Of a DNA stretch of 64,000 bases, positions 1 to 7,843 are shown piece by piece (the first letter of the stretch is position 1; every line of letters begins with the position of its first letter). This DNA comes from Devosia sp. (GTDB lineage Bacteria; Pseudomonadota; Alphaproteobacteria; Rhizobiales; Devosiaceae), in assembly GCF_036563435.1 (NCBI RefSeq), contig NZ_DATCMJ010000006.1:63995-127994 (forward strand), written 5' to 3'. The notes beneath the pieces are model-generated. The model was not told where the DNA came from and did no database searches. It saw nothing but the letters and a program-made list of their open reading frames with translations. A program made the position numbers and the translations under genes.

Positions 1-618
1 ATCGCCCGAAGGGTGGTTGTGCACCAAGATGATGGCGGTGGCGGACAGTTCGAGCACCCGCTTGATGACCTCGCGCGGATAGACCGGCGTATGGTCCACC
101 GTCCCGGTCTGCTGCACCTCGTCGGCGATCAGCCGGTTCTTCTTGTCGAGAAAGAGAATACGGAACTGCTCGATGGATTCGAACGCCATCTGGCTGCGGC
201 AATAATCGATCAGCTGGTTCCAGGACGACAGGATCGGCTTGTCATGGTCGATGCCGTCGCGCCCGAAGCGGGCCGCTACCGCCTGGATCACCTTGAGGTG
301 GGCGACGGTCGTGGGACCCAGTCCCTTGATGGCGGCAAGGCGCGCCTGGCTGGCCGAGAACACGCCGGAAAAGGAGCCGAATTCCTTGAGCAGGGCCTTG
401 GCCAGCGGCTTGGTGTCCTTTTGCGGGATGACCATGTGGAGCACGAGTTCGAGGAGTTCGTAGTCCTCAAAGGCGTCGGCGCCAAGCTTGAGGAAGCGCT
501 GCCGCACGCGTTCGCGGTGGCCGGCATGATCGGGCTTGGCGCCGGCCGCATCGGAATGCGGCATAGCATCAAGAGCGGGGAAGGGCGCCTCGGCGAGTTC
601 GACGGGGCGCTTCGGCAT
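1..618 (-). CDS. radC: RadC-family JAB/MPN-domain protein, partial (C-terminus runs off the left window edge)
   Basis: Reverse translation from ATG 618-616 reads [13 protein letters not shown]...[34 protein letters not shown]...[55 protein letters not shown]. The HNHPSG motif sits at the edge. The start overlaps the map stop (TGATG). It is absent from the ORF track because it has no stop in the window. Confidence 0.85.
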   Translation of the reverse strand, partial: MPKRPVELAEAPFPALDAMPHSDAAGAKPDHAGHRERVRQRFLKLGADAFEDYELLELVLHMVIPQKDTKPLAKALLKEFGSFSGVFSASQARLAAIKGLGPTTVAHLKVIQAVAARFGRDGIDHDKPILSSWNQLIDYCRSQMAFESIEQFRILFLDKKNRLIADEVQQTGTVDHTPVYPREVIKRVLELSATAIILVHNHPSGD

Positions 619-1451
619 CAGGCAGCCCGTGCAGCCAGGGGATTGAACAGGCCGCCGGGCGACACGGTGAAGATTTCGCAGCCCGTCTCGGTGATCCCAA
701 TCGTATGCTCGCATTGCGACGACAACGTCCGGTCCCGCGTCACCGCGGTCCAGCCATCGGAGAGGATTTTCACATGCGGCCGGCCCAGATTGATCATCGG
801 CTCGATAGTGAAGATCATGCCGGGCTTGAGCGGCACGCCCATGCCCGGTGTGCCGAAATGGAGGATGTTGGGCTCGTCGTGGAAGAGCTTGCCCACCCCG
901 TGGCCGACGAAATCGCGCACCACGCTCATGCGCTCGCCTTCCGCCAGCGTCTGGATGGCCGCGCCGATATCGCCCGTCGTGTTGCCCGGCCTGGCCGCCG
1001 CCATGCCCGCGTCGAGGCTGGCATAGGTCACCTCGATCAGCCGCTCCGCCTTGCGCGAGATTTCGCCCACCGGATACATGCGGCTCGAATCCCCGTGCCA
1101 GCCATCCACCACCAGCGTCAGGTCGATATTGACGATGTCGCCCTCGCGCAGCGGCCGCTCGTCGGGAATGCCGTGGCACACCACATGGTTGATCGAGGTG
1201 CAGAGCGAGTGGCGATAGCCCTTGTAGAATAGGGTAGCCGGCACGGCATTGTTGTCGCGCGCGAATTCATAGGCGATCTGGTCGAGCTTGGCCGTCGACA
1301 CGCCCGGCTCGACGAATTCGGTCAGGATGTCGAGCGCCCGCGCCGTGAGGCCACAGGCCTTGCGCATGCCCTCGAAGCCCTCGGCGCCGTGCAGCGGAAT
1401 GACGCCGGCGGTGCGGCGGGCCTTGGCGGGCGCTTCGACAAAGGTGATCAT
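618..1451 (-). CDS. map: Type I methionine aminopeptidase
   Basis: ORF 618..1529, trimmed to the ATG at 1451 ([13 protein letters not shown]...). Contains [56 protein letters not shown] and [12 protein letters not shown], which are typical of MetAP. Confidence 0.93.
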   Translation of the reverse strand: MITFVEAPAKARRTAGVIPLHGAEGFEGMRKACGLTARALDILTEFVEPGVSTAKLDQIAYEFARDNNAVPATLFYKGYRHSLCTSINHVVCHGIPDERPLREGDIVNIDLTLVVDGWHGDSSRMYPVGEISRKAERLIEVTYASLDAGMAAARPGNTTGDIGAAIQTLAEGERMSVVRDFVGHGVGKLFHDEPNILHFGTPGMGVPLKPGMIFTIEPMINLGRPHVKILSDGWTAVTRDRTLSSQCEHTIGITETGCEIFTVSPGGLFNPLAARAA

Positions 1452-1576
1452 GGAGGACTCCGGCTGTTGAAGGGCAAAATAGTCCCTCGTCCCGCGGTTG
1501 GGAAGCCTCCGGCGCCAGCTTGACGCCACTATCGCGCCGGAGCATGTCTGATGAACAGCAACCCAGAGAACATCCC

Positions 1577-2350
1577 ATGTCCGCAGACAGCATCACGGCC
1601 GGCCTCCTGGTGATCGGCGACGAAATCCTTTCGGGCCGCACCAAGGACGTCAATATCGGCGCCACCGCCGAATTCTGCACCGATCTGGGCATCGAGCTCA
1701 CGGAAGTGCGGGTGGTGAGCGACGATACCGACGCCATCGTCGAGGCCGTCAACGCGCTGCGCAGGCGCTATACCTATGTGTTCACCACCGGCGGCATCGG
1801 CCCCACCCATGACGACATCACCGCCGATGCCATTGCCAAGGCCTTCGGCGTCGCCCTGCCGATCAACCCGGAAGCGCGCGCCATGCTGGAGGCGCGCTGG
1901 AAGCAGACCGGCACCGAGGTCAACGAGGCCCGCCTGCGCATGGCCCGCATTCCCGAGGGCGCAACGCTGATCGTCAATTCGGTCAGCGCCGCCCCCGGCT
2001 TCCGCATCGGCAATGTCCATGTCATGGCCGGCGTGCCGGTGATCATGAAGGCCATGCTCGAGGCCATTGCGCCCACGCTCGAAGGTGGGCGCAAGGTGCA
2101 GTCGGTGACTATCAAGGCAGCCGTGGGCGAGGGGACTTTGGGCAGCCCGCTGGCTGCCCTCCAGGACCGCTTTCCGGACGTCAAGATGGGCAGCTATCCG
2201 CAGATGGGTAAGGACCGGGTGATGACCGAGCTGGTGCTCCGCTCCGCCGACCTCGACCGCCTCAACCTTGCCGCCGGCGAGGTCCGGCAGATGGTAACGC
2301 AGGTGCACCTGCGCGAAGGCGTGGCGCTGCCCGACGACGAAGTTTACTGA
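1577..2350 (+). CDS. CinA-like / MoaB-MogA-type molybdopterin-binding domain protein
   Basis: Reads MSADSITAGLLVIGDEILSGRTKDVNIGATAEF...FTTGGIGPTHDDITADAIAKAFG. The start is uncertain: in-frame alternatives lie at 1544 and 1520. Confidence 0.8.
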   Translation: MSADSITAGLLVIGDEILSGRTKDVNIGATAEFCTDLGIELTEVRVVSDDTDAIVEAVNALRRRYTYVFTTGGIGPTHDDITADAIAKAFGVALPINPEARAMLEARWKQTGTEVNEARLRMARIPEGATLIVNSVSAAPGFRIGNVHVMAGVPVIMKAMLEAIAPTLEGGRKVQSVTIKAAVGEGTLGSPLAALQDRFPDVKMGSYPQMGKDRVMTELVLRSADLDRLNLAAGEVRQMVTQVHLREGVALPDDEVY

Positions 2351-2454
2351 CTGGGGGCAAAAGCCTGCGTGCCTGATTGGCGCGGCGTTCCGCTTTTGCT
2401 AAGCACGGTGCCTTGATTTACCGGGCGCTGCCGCGCCGGCGCAGGAGACGTGAC

Positions 2455-2952
2455 TTGAGCAACGCCAACCAGAAATCCTTTCCCGTCACCTGGGACCAGT
2501 TTCACCGTGACAGCCGCGCCCTGGCCTGGCGCCTGGCCGGCATGGGAAGCTTCGATGCCGTGGTGGCCATCGCCCGCGGCGGCCTGGTTCCCGCTGCCAT
2601 CGTCGCGCGCGAGCTCAATATCCGCACCGTCGAGACCGTGGCGGTCAAGAGCTACGACCACCAGAACCAGGGCGGCATCCAGGTGCTCAAGCCCATCAGC
2701 CAGCCCATCCTCGACATCGCCAAGAATGGCGGCAAGATCCTGATCGTCGACGACCTCGTCGACACCGGCTCCACCGCCCGCGTCGTCCGCGACATGCTCC
2801 CTGGCGCCCACTTCGCCACCGTCTACGCCAAACCCAAGGGCCGCGACCTCGTCGACACCTTCATCACCGAAGTCAGCCAGGACACCTGGATCTTTTTCCC
2901 GTGGGACCTGGACGTGGCCTATGTCGCGCCGATCAGTGGTGGGACGGACTGA
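2455..2952 (+). CDS. gpt: Xanthine-guanine phosphoribosyltransferase
   Basis: Contains [19 protein letters not shown], the PRPP-binding motif [14 protein letters not shown], and C-terminal [14 protein letters not shown] prefer the TTG start at 2455, which follows AGGAGA at 2444-2449; the ORF-track start at 2377 adds an R-rich tail. Confidence 0.9.
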   Translation: MSNANQKSFPVTWDQFHRDSRALAWRLAGMGSFDAVVAIARGGLVPAAIVARELNIRTVETVAVKSYDHQNQGGIQVLKPISQPILDIAKNGGKILIVDDLVDTGSTARVVRDMLPGAHFATVYAKPKGRDLVDTFITEVSQDTWIFFPWDLDVAYVAPISGGTD

Positions 2953-3068
2953 CGGGGCAGCCCGATCGATTGTGGGGCACGCGTAGCAGCAAGGGTCTGC
3001 AAGGGGGTGGGTTGCGGACTGGCGGCTTTCGGCTGAAAATGTGCCTTGTCAGCCGGAAAGGACACTTC

Positions 3069-3642
3069 GTGCATTACCGTGAGGCGCTGCCCAAGACGTC
3101 GACGGCATCACTCCTATCCATGTCATAGGTGGCCAGCAGGCCTATGCTGGTATTTTGCCCGCAACCTATCTCGAATGCGTAATGCCTAAGGAAAAAGCGA
3201 TCTCTGGCGGTCTCGATTGGGCGAAGGGATAGATCAGTCCAGAATGTCGGTAATGGTCGCCGAAGAAGCGAACGATCTTGCCGGTTTTGCTTGCTTTCTG
3301 TTCGACCAAGAACAGGATTTTGGGACTTATCTTCACAACATTTACGTCGCCAAAGGTTATCAGCGAAGAGGCGTAGCCAGCGGCCTGCTTGCAGCAGGGA
3401 TTGAGGCTTTCCATGCAACTAGGCGTGGGGAGCCCGTGCATTTGCTCGTCTTTGCCAAAAACGCGCCGGCCCGAGCTTTTTATGATCGATTAGGCGGCAG
3501 AGTGATCGAACAGATTGAAAGAAGTCGCGCTGGAAGCGAGCCTGTAGCTCTTTTTCGATACCAGTGGGCGTCTGCAAACAAGCTGCGAGAGGCTTCGCTG
3601 CGGCAGATATCAGGGAGCGGCATTAATCGGTCTAGTGGCTGA
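3069..3642 (+). pseudogene. GNAT-family N-acetyltransferase, apparently disrupted by two frameshifts (only the 3' ORF 3217..3642 is intact)
   Basis: The intact ORF carries the acetyl-CoA core YVAKGYQRRGVASGLL but lacks the usual N-terminal region. The missing N-terminus is readable upstream in two other frames. One is VHYREALPK (from GTG 3069). The other is QDVDGITPIHVIGGQQAYAGILPATYLECVMPKEKAISGGLDWAKG (3083..3229, stop at 3230). This region is AT-richer. Confidence 0.55.
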
Positions 3643-3699
3643 CATGGGGTCGGGAGCAGCCATGGTCGCTTAGGCGGATTGCTCCTTCAGCCAACCTCT

Positions 3700-4059
3700 C
3701 AAAAACTTATCCCCGCCTCCCTTCACCCGTGCCAAACTCCACCCATTCCCGCCACGACACGCAGTGCCGACGAAGCACTGGGCGGGGGGAGTGGTAGCCG
3801 GAGTCGCCTGGCACCGGCGTGGATGCTGACCACCGGTAGGCGGGGGACGTGAAAAGGAGAAGGGGGGGATCCCCGCCCGATCGCCCAACCGGACGTTCCT
3901 TCATGGAGCCGCTCGATGCATGCGCGGGAAAAACCAGTTCGTGTGAAGCGGCTTTCGCCTCTTCAACTCCCTCAAACAGGCGGCGCAAGCCGTCGGGGCG
4001 AAAGCCGCTTCCCACCGTGCAACCGCGACGCCAACTGGCCGGGCGGCGTTTTGTGTTGG
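3700..4059 (+). repeat. 360-bp direct repeat, copy 1 (candidate structured RNA or att-like element)
   Basis: By-eye alignment to 7844..8203 in the same orientation shows about 16 substitutions and no indels. It contains several stable hairpins. ORFs crossing it in all frames are R/P/G-rich and not protein-like. Confidence 0.85.
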
Positions 4060-4086
4060 AGCAGGTCCGAAGTGTCTTGCCCCTTT

Positions 4087-4174
4087 ATCATCGAAGTCGG
4101 GCAGGACACCTGGATCTTCTTCCCCTGCGGCCTGACGTGGCCAATGTGGCACAGGTCGGTGGGCGACGGACTGA
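4087..4174 (+). pseudogene. Remnant of a gpt 3' end (second, diverged copy of the last ~30 codons)
   Basis: atcatcgaagtcgggcaggacacctggatcttcttcccc...acggactga aligns with gpt 2863..2952 at roughly 80% identity with 2 single-nt gaps. The track ORF 3916..4230 reads [14 protein letters not shown], against [14 protein letters not shown] in gpt. No upstream gpt body is present. Confidence 0.8.
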
Positions 4175-4289
4175 GGCGATTGGTCCCTGACGATCATGAA
4201 GCTGATGGGCGGCAAGGTGCTCTGCAGTAGGCAGCCTCACGGAGTGCCGCTCTGCGGCAGAGAGCTTGTCCGGCGGTGAGCAAAAACGC

Positions 4290-5039
4290 TTAGCTGGGTG
4301 AGAAGCGAGCTGTCTTGGGCATTCGAAGGTATGTGGGATCGAACTCGGCTGATCGAGCGAGGCCGTCCCAGTCCTTGATGGTGATGAGGTCTCGCTCCCA
4401 GCTGATCACCCCGCGCGCTCTGAGCTTCTGTATCGCGCGATTGGCATGAACTGGCGTAATGGCCAGGCACTCACCAACTGTGGCCTGCGACAACGGAAGG
4501 TGGAAGCTGTAGTCGTCGACCCTGCCAATCTGCCGAAGGCGCAGGTAGAGCTCACAAATCAAATGGGCAAGGTGCTGGTGGGCCTGGTAGCTTCCCAGGC
4601 AAAAAGTCCAGCGCCTGTGCGTGCCGCCATCGACAAGCGTGTTCAACCACAACAGGCGGACGAGCCCGGGATTTTGTTCGTAAATCTGCGTCAGCCGTTC
4701 GTGCGGGAACATGGCTACCTGGCAGGTCGTCAACGCGACTATGCCATGGTCCAGCGGCTTCATCAGCAGGCTATGAAGGTCAACGAAGTCCCCGGCTACG
4801 TGCAGCGACGTTATCTGGCGAGAACCATCCAGCTTCAGGTTATAGCGTGCTGCAAAACCGCTCAGAAGCAAGGTACTGTGAGAGGGCGACGTGCCTTCAA
4901 GCACCAGCTCCGTGTCGGGCGGCACCTCGCGCTCGGAGCTTACCGCCTGTTCGAGAAGCGCCTGCTCTTCCCTGGAAAGAGGCCCGTAGTTCAGAAGACG
5001 GGCGATCAGGAGCCTCACCAAGGAAGCGTCGGAAGCCAT
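4290..5039 (-). CDS. Crp/Fnr-family transcriptional regulator
   Basis: ORF 4290..5129, trimmed to MASDASLVRLL at 5039 (GGAG 5 nt upstream). It has an N-terminal cNMP-binding-like fold (LVLEGTSPSHSTLLLSGFAARYNLKLDGSRQITSLHVAGDFVD). The C-terminal HTH is LPLSQATVGECLAITPVHANRAIQKLRARGVISW. Confidence 0.85.
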   Translation of the reverse strand: MASDASLVRLLIARLLNYGPLSREEQALLEQAVSSEREVPPDTELVLEGTSPSHSTLLLSGFAARYNLKLDGSRQITSLHVAGDFVDLHSLLMKPLDHGIVALTTCQVAMFPHERLTQIYEQNPGLVRLLWLNTLVDGGTHRRWTFCLGSYQAHQHLAHLICELYLRLRQIGRVDDYSFHLPLSQATVGECLAITPVHANRAIQKLRARGVISWERDLITIKDWDGLARSAEFDPTYLRMPKTARFSPS

Positions 5040-5193
5040 GCTCTTTCTCCAATTAGGGCAAGAGCAAACCGCTTCTCCCAATCGTCTGCGACCTAACTTG
5101 GCGGCATTCGATGCGCTCGCTGTTATCACAACTATCGTGAAGACGCGCTATTCTGCATCAATACGTCTAATCCATCTTATAGGTATTTAGCGG

Positions 5194-5211
5194 TTCCGAA
5201 TTTTTTCGGAA
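5194..5211. promoter_or_regulatory. Perfect palindrome TTCCGAA-N4-TTCGGAA, a candidate operator in the divergent Crp-family / DUF6894 intergenic region
   Basis: ttccgaa tttt ttcggaa at 5194-5211 lies between the regulator start (5039, minus strand) and ORF 5258 (plus strand). The dyad spacing fits a dimeric HTH regulator, but it differs from the FNR and CRP consensus sequences. Confidence 0.4.
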
Positions 5212-5257
5212 ACAGTGGCGCCTTTTCCATTGGTACTCCGCATCAGGAGATTACCGC

Positions 5258-5524
5258 ATGGCCCGTTTTTTCTTCCACATTGTGGATGGTCAATTTGTCC
5301 CCGATACTAACGGGATTGAATGCAGCACGCAGGCACAAGTCAAAAATCAGGCAGTTCGTATCGCCGGTGAGATGATCAAGGACCTCGGTTCGGAAGTGTG
5401 GGGTACGAGTCGCCTAGACCTCTTCGTCTGCGACGACCAGAACAATACCCACCTGAAACTGTCGTTTTTTGCCGAGGACGTTTCTGGTACGCTGGGCAAG
5501 TTGGTGCCTGAGTCGTCCACATGA
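5258..5524 (+). CDS. DUF6894-like small protein
   Basis: MARFFFHIVDGQFVPDTNGIECSTQAQVKNQAVRIAGEMIKDL... matches the pattern I recall for DUF6894 (MPRYFFH..DG....D..G.E.......A...A). AGGAGA lies 8 nt upstream of the ATG. Confidence 0.65.
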   Translation: MARFFFHIVDGQFVPDTNGIECSTQAQVKNQAVRIAGEMIKDLGSEVWGTSRLDLFVCDDQNNTHLKLSFFAEDVSGTLGKLVPESST

Positions 5525-5730
5525 TGGTCAGGGCGATACAGCTTTCCGAAGCAGGGGCAGCACTGGACGCTGTCGCGACGGAAGCGGACCTGATGCAGTG
5601 GCACGACGACTGGATGAGCAGTTCCGAATATGTCGGAATGTCCGACGACGAAGCAGGATTTCTCGAAGCATCTTTCGAAGCGAGGGCCCGGCTTTTCGCT
5701 GGCGTTACGCAGAAGCCGCCGTCGCTGTAA
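5521..5730 (+). CDS. Hypothetical acidic small protein, translationally coupled to the DUF6894 ORF
   Basis: Its ATG at 5521 overlaps the upstream TGA (ATGA). It encodes a 69-aa acidic product (MMVRAIQLSEAGAALDAVATEADLMQWHDDWMSSSEYVGMSDDEAGFLEASFE...). I recognise no family. Confidence 0.45.
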   Translation: MMVRAIQLSEAGAALDAVATEADLMQWHDDWMSSSEYVGMSDDEAGFLEASFEARARLFAGVTQKPPSL

Positions 5731-5760
5731 GCCTCCCTGATCGCTCGGCAACACGCGGTC

Positions 5761-6462
5761 CTAGCGGTTCAAGACCTCCGCCATGGATTGGCCGATCTGC
5801 CCGCCGGCATAGGCCTCCCCATATTGCCTGCGGGCATCCCCGGAGAGCTTGCTGAGGGCCGGGAGGGCCGAGACGCGGCGGCAGAGCGCGGCCGTCATTG
5901 GGGCGCTTTCCTCGAGCAGCGTCCGGATCGCGCTAAAGCGATCGGTCATGGTGGTCCACAAGGTGGCGGTGATCACGTCCGCAATGGCTGGTGCCACGCC
6001 GCCCAGCATGAAGCCGCTGTCGGCCTGGAGCCCGTGTCGACGCCCGGTTTCTTCCCAGATGCGCATCCACTGCTGAAGCCTGGGCTTGAACTCCTCCCAG
6101 CGCTCCGGCGTCCACATCGCCTTGCCGCCATCGAGGGTGATCTCGTCGATCACGTCATTGGCGTCGTTGACGATCTTCATGGTCATCGCCCGCTCCTGGG
6201 GCGTGTCCGGCAGGAGGTTCAGCGTTTCGCCGAGATAAAGGATGATGGCCGGCATCTCCGCGATGGCGAACCCGGTCGTCAGCTCGATCAGCACCGGCGG
6301 CCCCATGAACGGCACCGGCATGTCACCGATCGCACCCTGCATCAGCCGCGAAATCTTGCCATCTCCACCCTCGACCCAGCTCTTGCCGGCAAAAGCGAGC
6401 ACCGCCCGGACGAATTGGCCGCGAAACGGGACGGACCAATAGAGCAGTTCATAGTCGGCCAT
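5761..6462 (-). CDS. Glutathione S-transferase family protein
   Basis: ORF 5761..6570, trimmed to MADYELLYWSVPFRGQFVRAVLAFAG at 6462 (GGAG upstream). It shows a thioredoxin-like N-terminal domain and a helical C-terminal domain typical of GSTs. Confidence 0.75.
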   Translation of the reverse strand: MADYELLYWSVPFRGQFVRAVLAFAGKSWVEGGDGKISRLMQGAIGDMPVPFMGPPVLIELTTGFAIAEMPAIILYLGETLNLLPDTPQERAMTMKIVNDANDVIDEITLDGGKAMWTPERWEEFKPRLQQWMRIWEETGRRHGLQADSGFMLGGVAPAIADVITATLWTTMTDRFSAIRTLLEESAPMTAALCRRVSALPALSKLSGDARRQYGEAYAGGQIGQSMAEVLNR

Positions 6463-6664
6463 GGGGAGCTCCTGCGAGCGTTGCAGCCTGTCGCCAACGC
6501 TCTCGAAGGCGATCGGTTCGATCGATGCCGATCTCTGACGCAGCGGCTGGTGCCGGCTCGCAAGCTTCATCAGCGAAAATCGGCACGGCCGTTTACGATA
6601 AAGATCAGATATGCACTCGTTGGTGGCTCAGGTCTGTTAGCTATTTGGCAACCTTGGGCAAGAC

Positions 6665-7723
6665 ATGCAGAAATCAAGCACCTACCGGCCAGAGCTAGAC
6701 AGCATCCGTGCACTATGCATCATTTTTACTGTAGCCGGGCACGTACCTGGAGCGATGCCTCTCATTAATGGCAGCGTAGGAGTTGATGTCTTCTTTGCGC
6801 TTAGCGGCTGGTTGGTCACGAGTCTGCTGCTCAAGGAGAGGCAGGTCGCCGGGGAAATTTCTCTTGGCTCCTACTACCTGAGGCGCACATTCCGCATCGT
6901 GCCGCTTTATGCTCTGACAATTGGCTTGTACTTTTGCGCTGCTTACCTGCTGCAGGCGATGCTGTCCCAGGGTGAGGAACTCTCGGCCTTTCAATCGGGC
7001 TTCGTGTATTTCGTCACATTCAACGGTGAATACATGTTGCACCGTGACGGGCTGTTGTTTGGCCACTCATGGACCTTGGGGATCGAAGAAAAGTTCTACC
7101 TCTTTTGGCCGCTAGCTATCATTCTGCTGGGGCAGCACAACATCTCTGTTCTTCTCGGCGCAACCATTCTCGCCATCACCATCCTGATTTTGCCGGCTTC
7201 CAACCCAGAACTGCTCGTTAGAGGCTATGTTGGATTGGCTGCCGGTGCTTTCGCCGCCATAGCTTCCTCGCGCTCTACAGCGATCTCCCGCGGCTTTGGG
7301 AACTTGATTGCTCCGCGGTTAGCACTTTTGGGCATTGGCTTTGCTTATTTGGCATCAGTTTTCCTTCCGACTGCGATCATATGGAACCTGCTGATATCCC
7401 TTTTTGCAGTGCCGCTGATCGCTCACTTGTGGATACAACAGAGTGAAGGCTCCATCGGCAAAGTGCTGAGGTGGACGCCACTCGCGGCCCTTGGTCGGCT
7501 TACCTATGCGGTGTACCTAACTCACGTCCTTGTGATAAATGCCGTTTTGCTGGTTCTAGACCGCTTGGGTTGGTCGCCGGGATGGTGGCTCACCTTTCTC
7601 CTTTCGTATGCTGCGTCACTCTTATTGGGGGTTTGCTTACATCTCTTCATCGAGAGGCCCTTTATTGCGGCGGGCCGAAACTTATCGAGACGCTCCATCA
7701 AAGGTACTGCCGTGCCAGTTTGA
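6665..7723 (+). CDS. Acyltransferase family 3 (OafA/YrhL-like) membrane O-acyltransferase
   Basis: RPELDSIRALCIIFTVAGHV...VDVFFALSGWLVTSLLL...RRTFRIVPLY...SWTLGIEEKFYLFWP is the canonical acyltransferase-3 motif set. The protein has about 10 hydrophobic segments. Confidence 0.88.
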   Translation: MQKSSTYRPELDSIRALCIIFTVAGHVPGAMPLINGSVGVDVFFALSGWLVTSLLLKERQVAGEISLGSYYLRRTFRIVPLYALTIGLYFCAAYLLQAMLSQGEELSAFQSGFVYFVTFNGEYMLHRDGLLFGHSWTLGIEEKFYLFWPLAIILLGQHNISVLLGATILAITILILPASNPELLVRGYVGLAAGAFAAIASSRSTAISRGFGNLIAPRLALLGIGFAYLASVFLPTAIIWNLLISLFAVPLIAHLWIQQSEGSIGKVLRWTPLAALGRLTYAVYLTHVLVINAVLLVLDRLGWSPGWWLTFLLSYAASLLLGVCLHLFIERPFIAAGRNLSRRSIKGTAVPV

Positions 7724-7843
7724 TCGTCGGCAGTGGCTTCAGGATTGCCGGGTGTCACCAAGCTCAGGGTCGTTGAAGCTGCTTTTGAGCCCGGAGTGCT
7801 GCCTTGGATTGCGCCTCAGTTCAGGAGCAGCAGGCGACCACTG

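Noticed and set aside
13-1026. 337-aa plus-strand ORF at the left edge
   Set aside because: It is antisense to radC and map, both of which have unmistakable family motifs on the minus strand. Its translation is low-complexity and G/R/L/A-rich, as expected of shadow ORFs in high-GC DNA.
2901-3128. 75-aa ORF downstream of gpt
   Set aside because: It overlaps the gpt 3' end in another frame. Only its last ~10 codons look meaningful, as the displaced N-terminus of the frameshifted GNAT gene.
3707-4015. ORFs inside the 360-bp repeats (3707..4015, 3849..4190, 3916..4230, 7739..8032, 7851..8402, 8047..8412)
   Set aside because: Every frame is open and R/P/G-rich. 7851..8402 and 8047..8412 run straight through tRNA-Leu. 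Substitutions between the two copies follow RNA-helix logic rather than codon logic.
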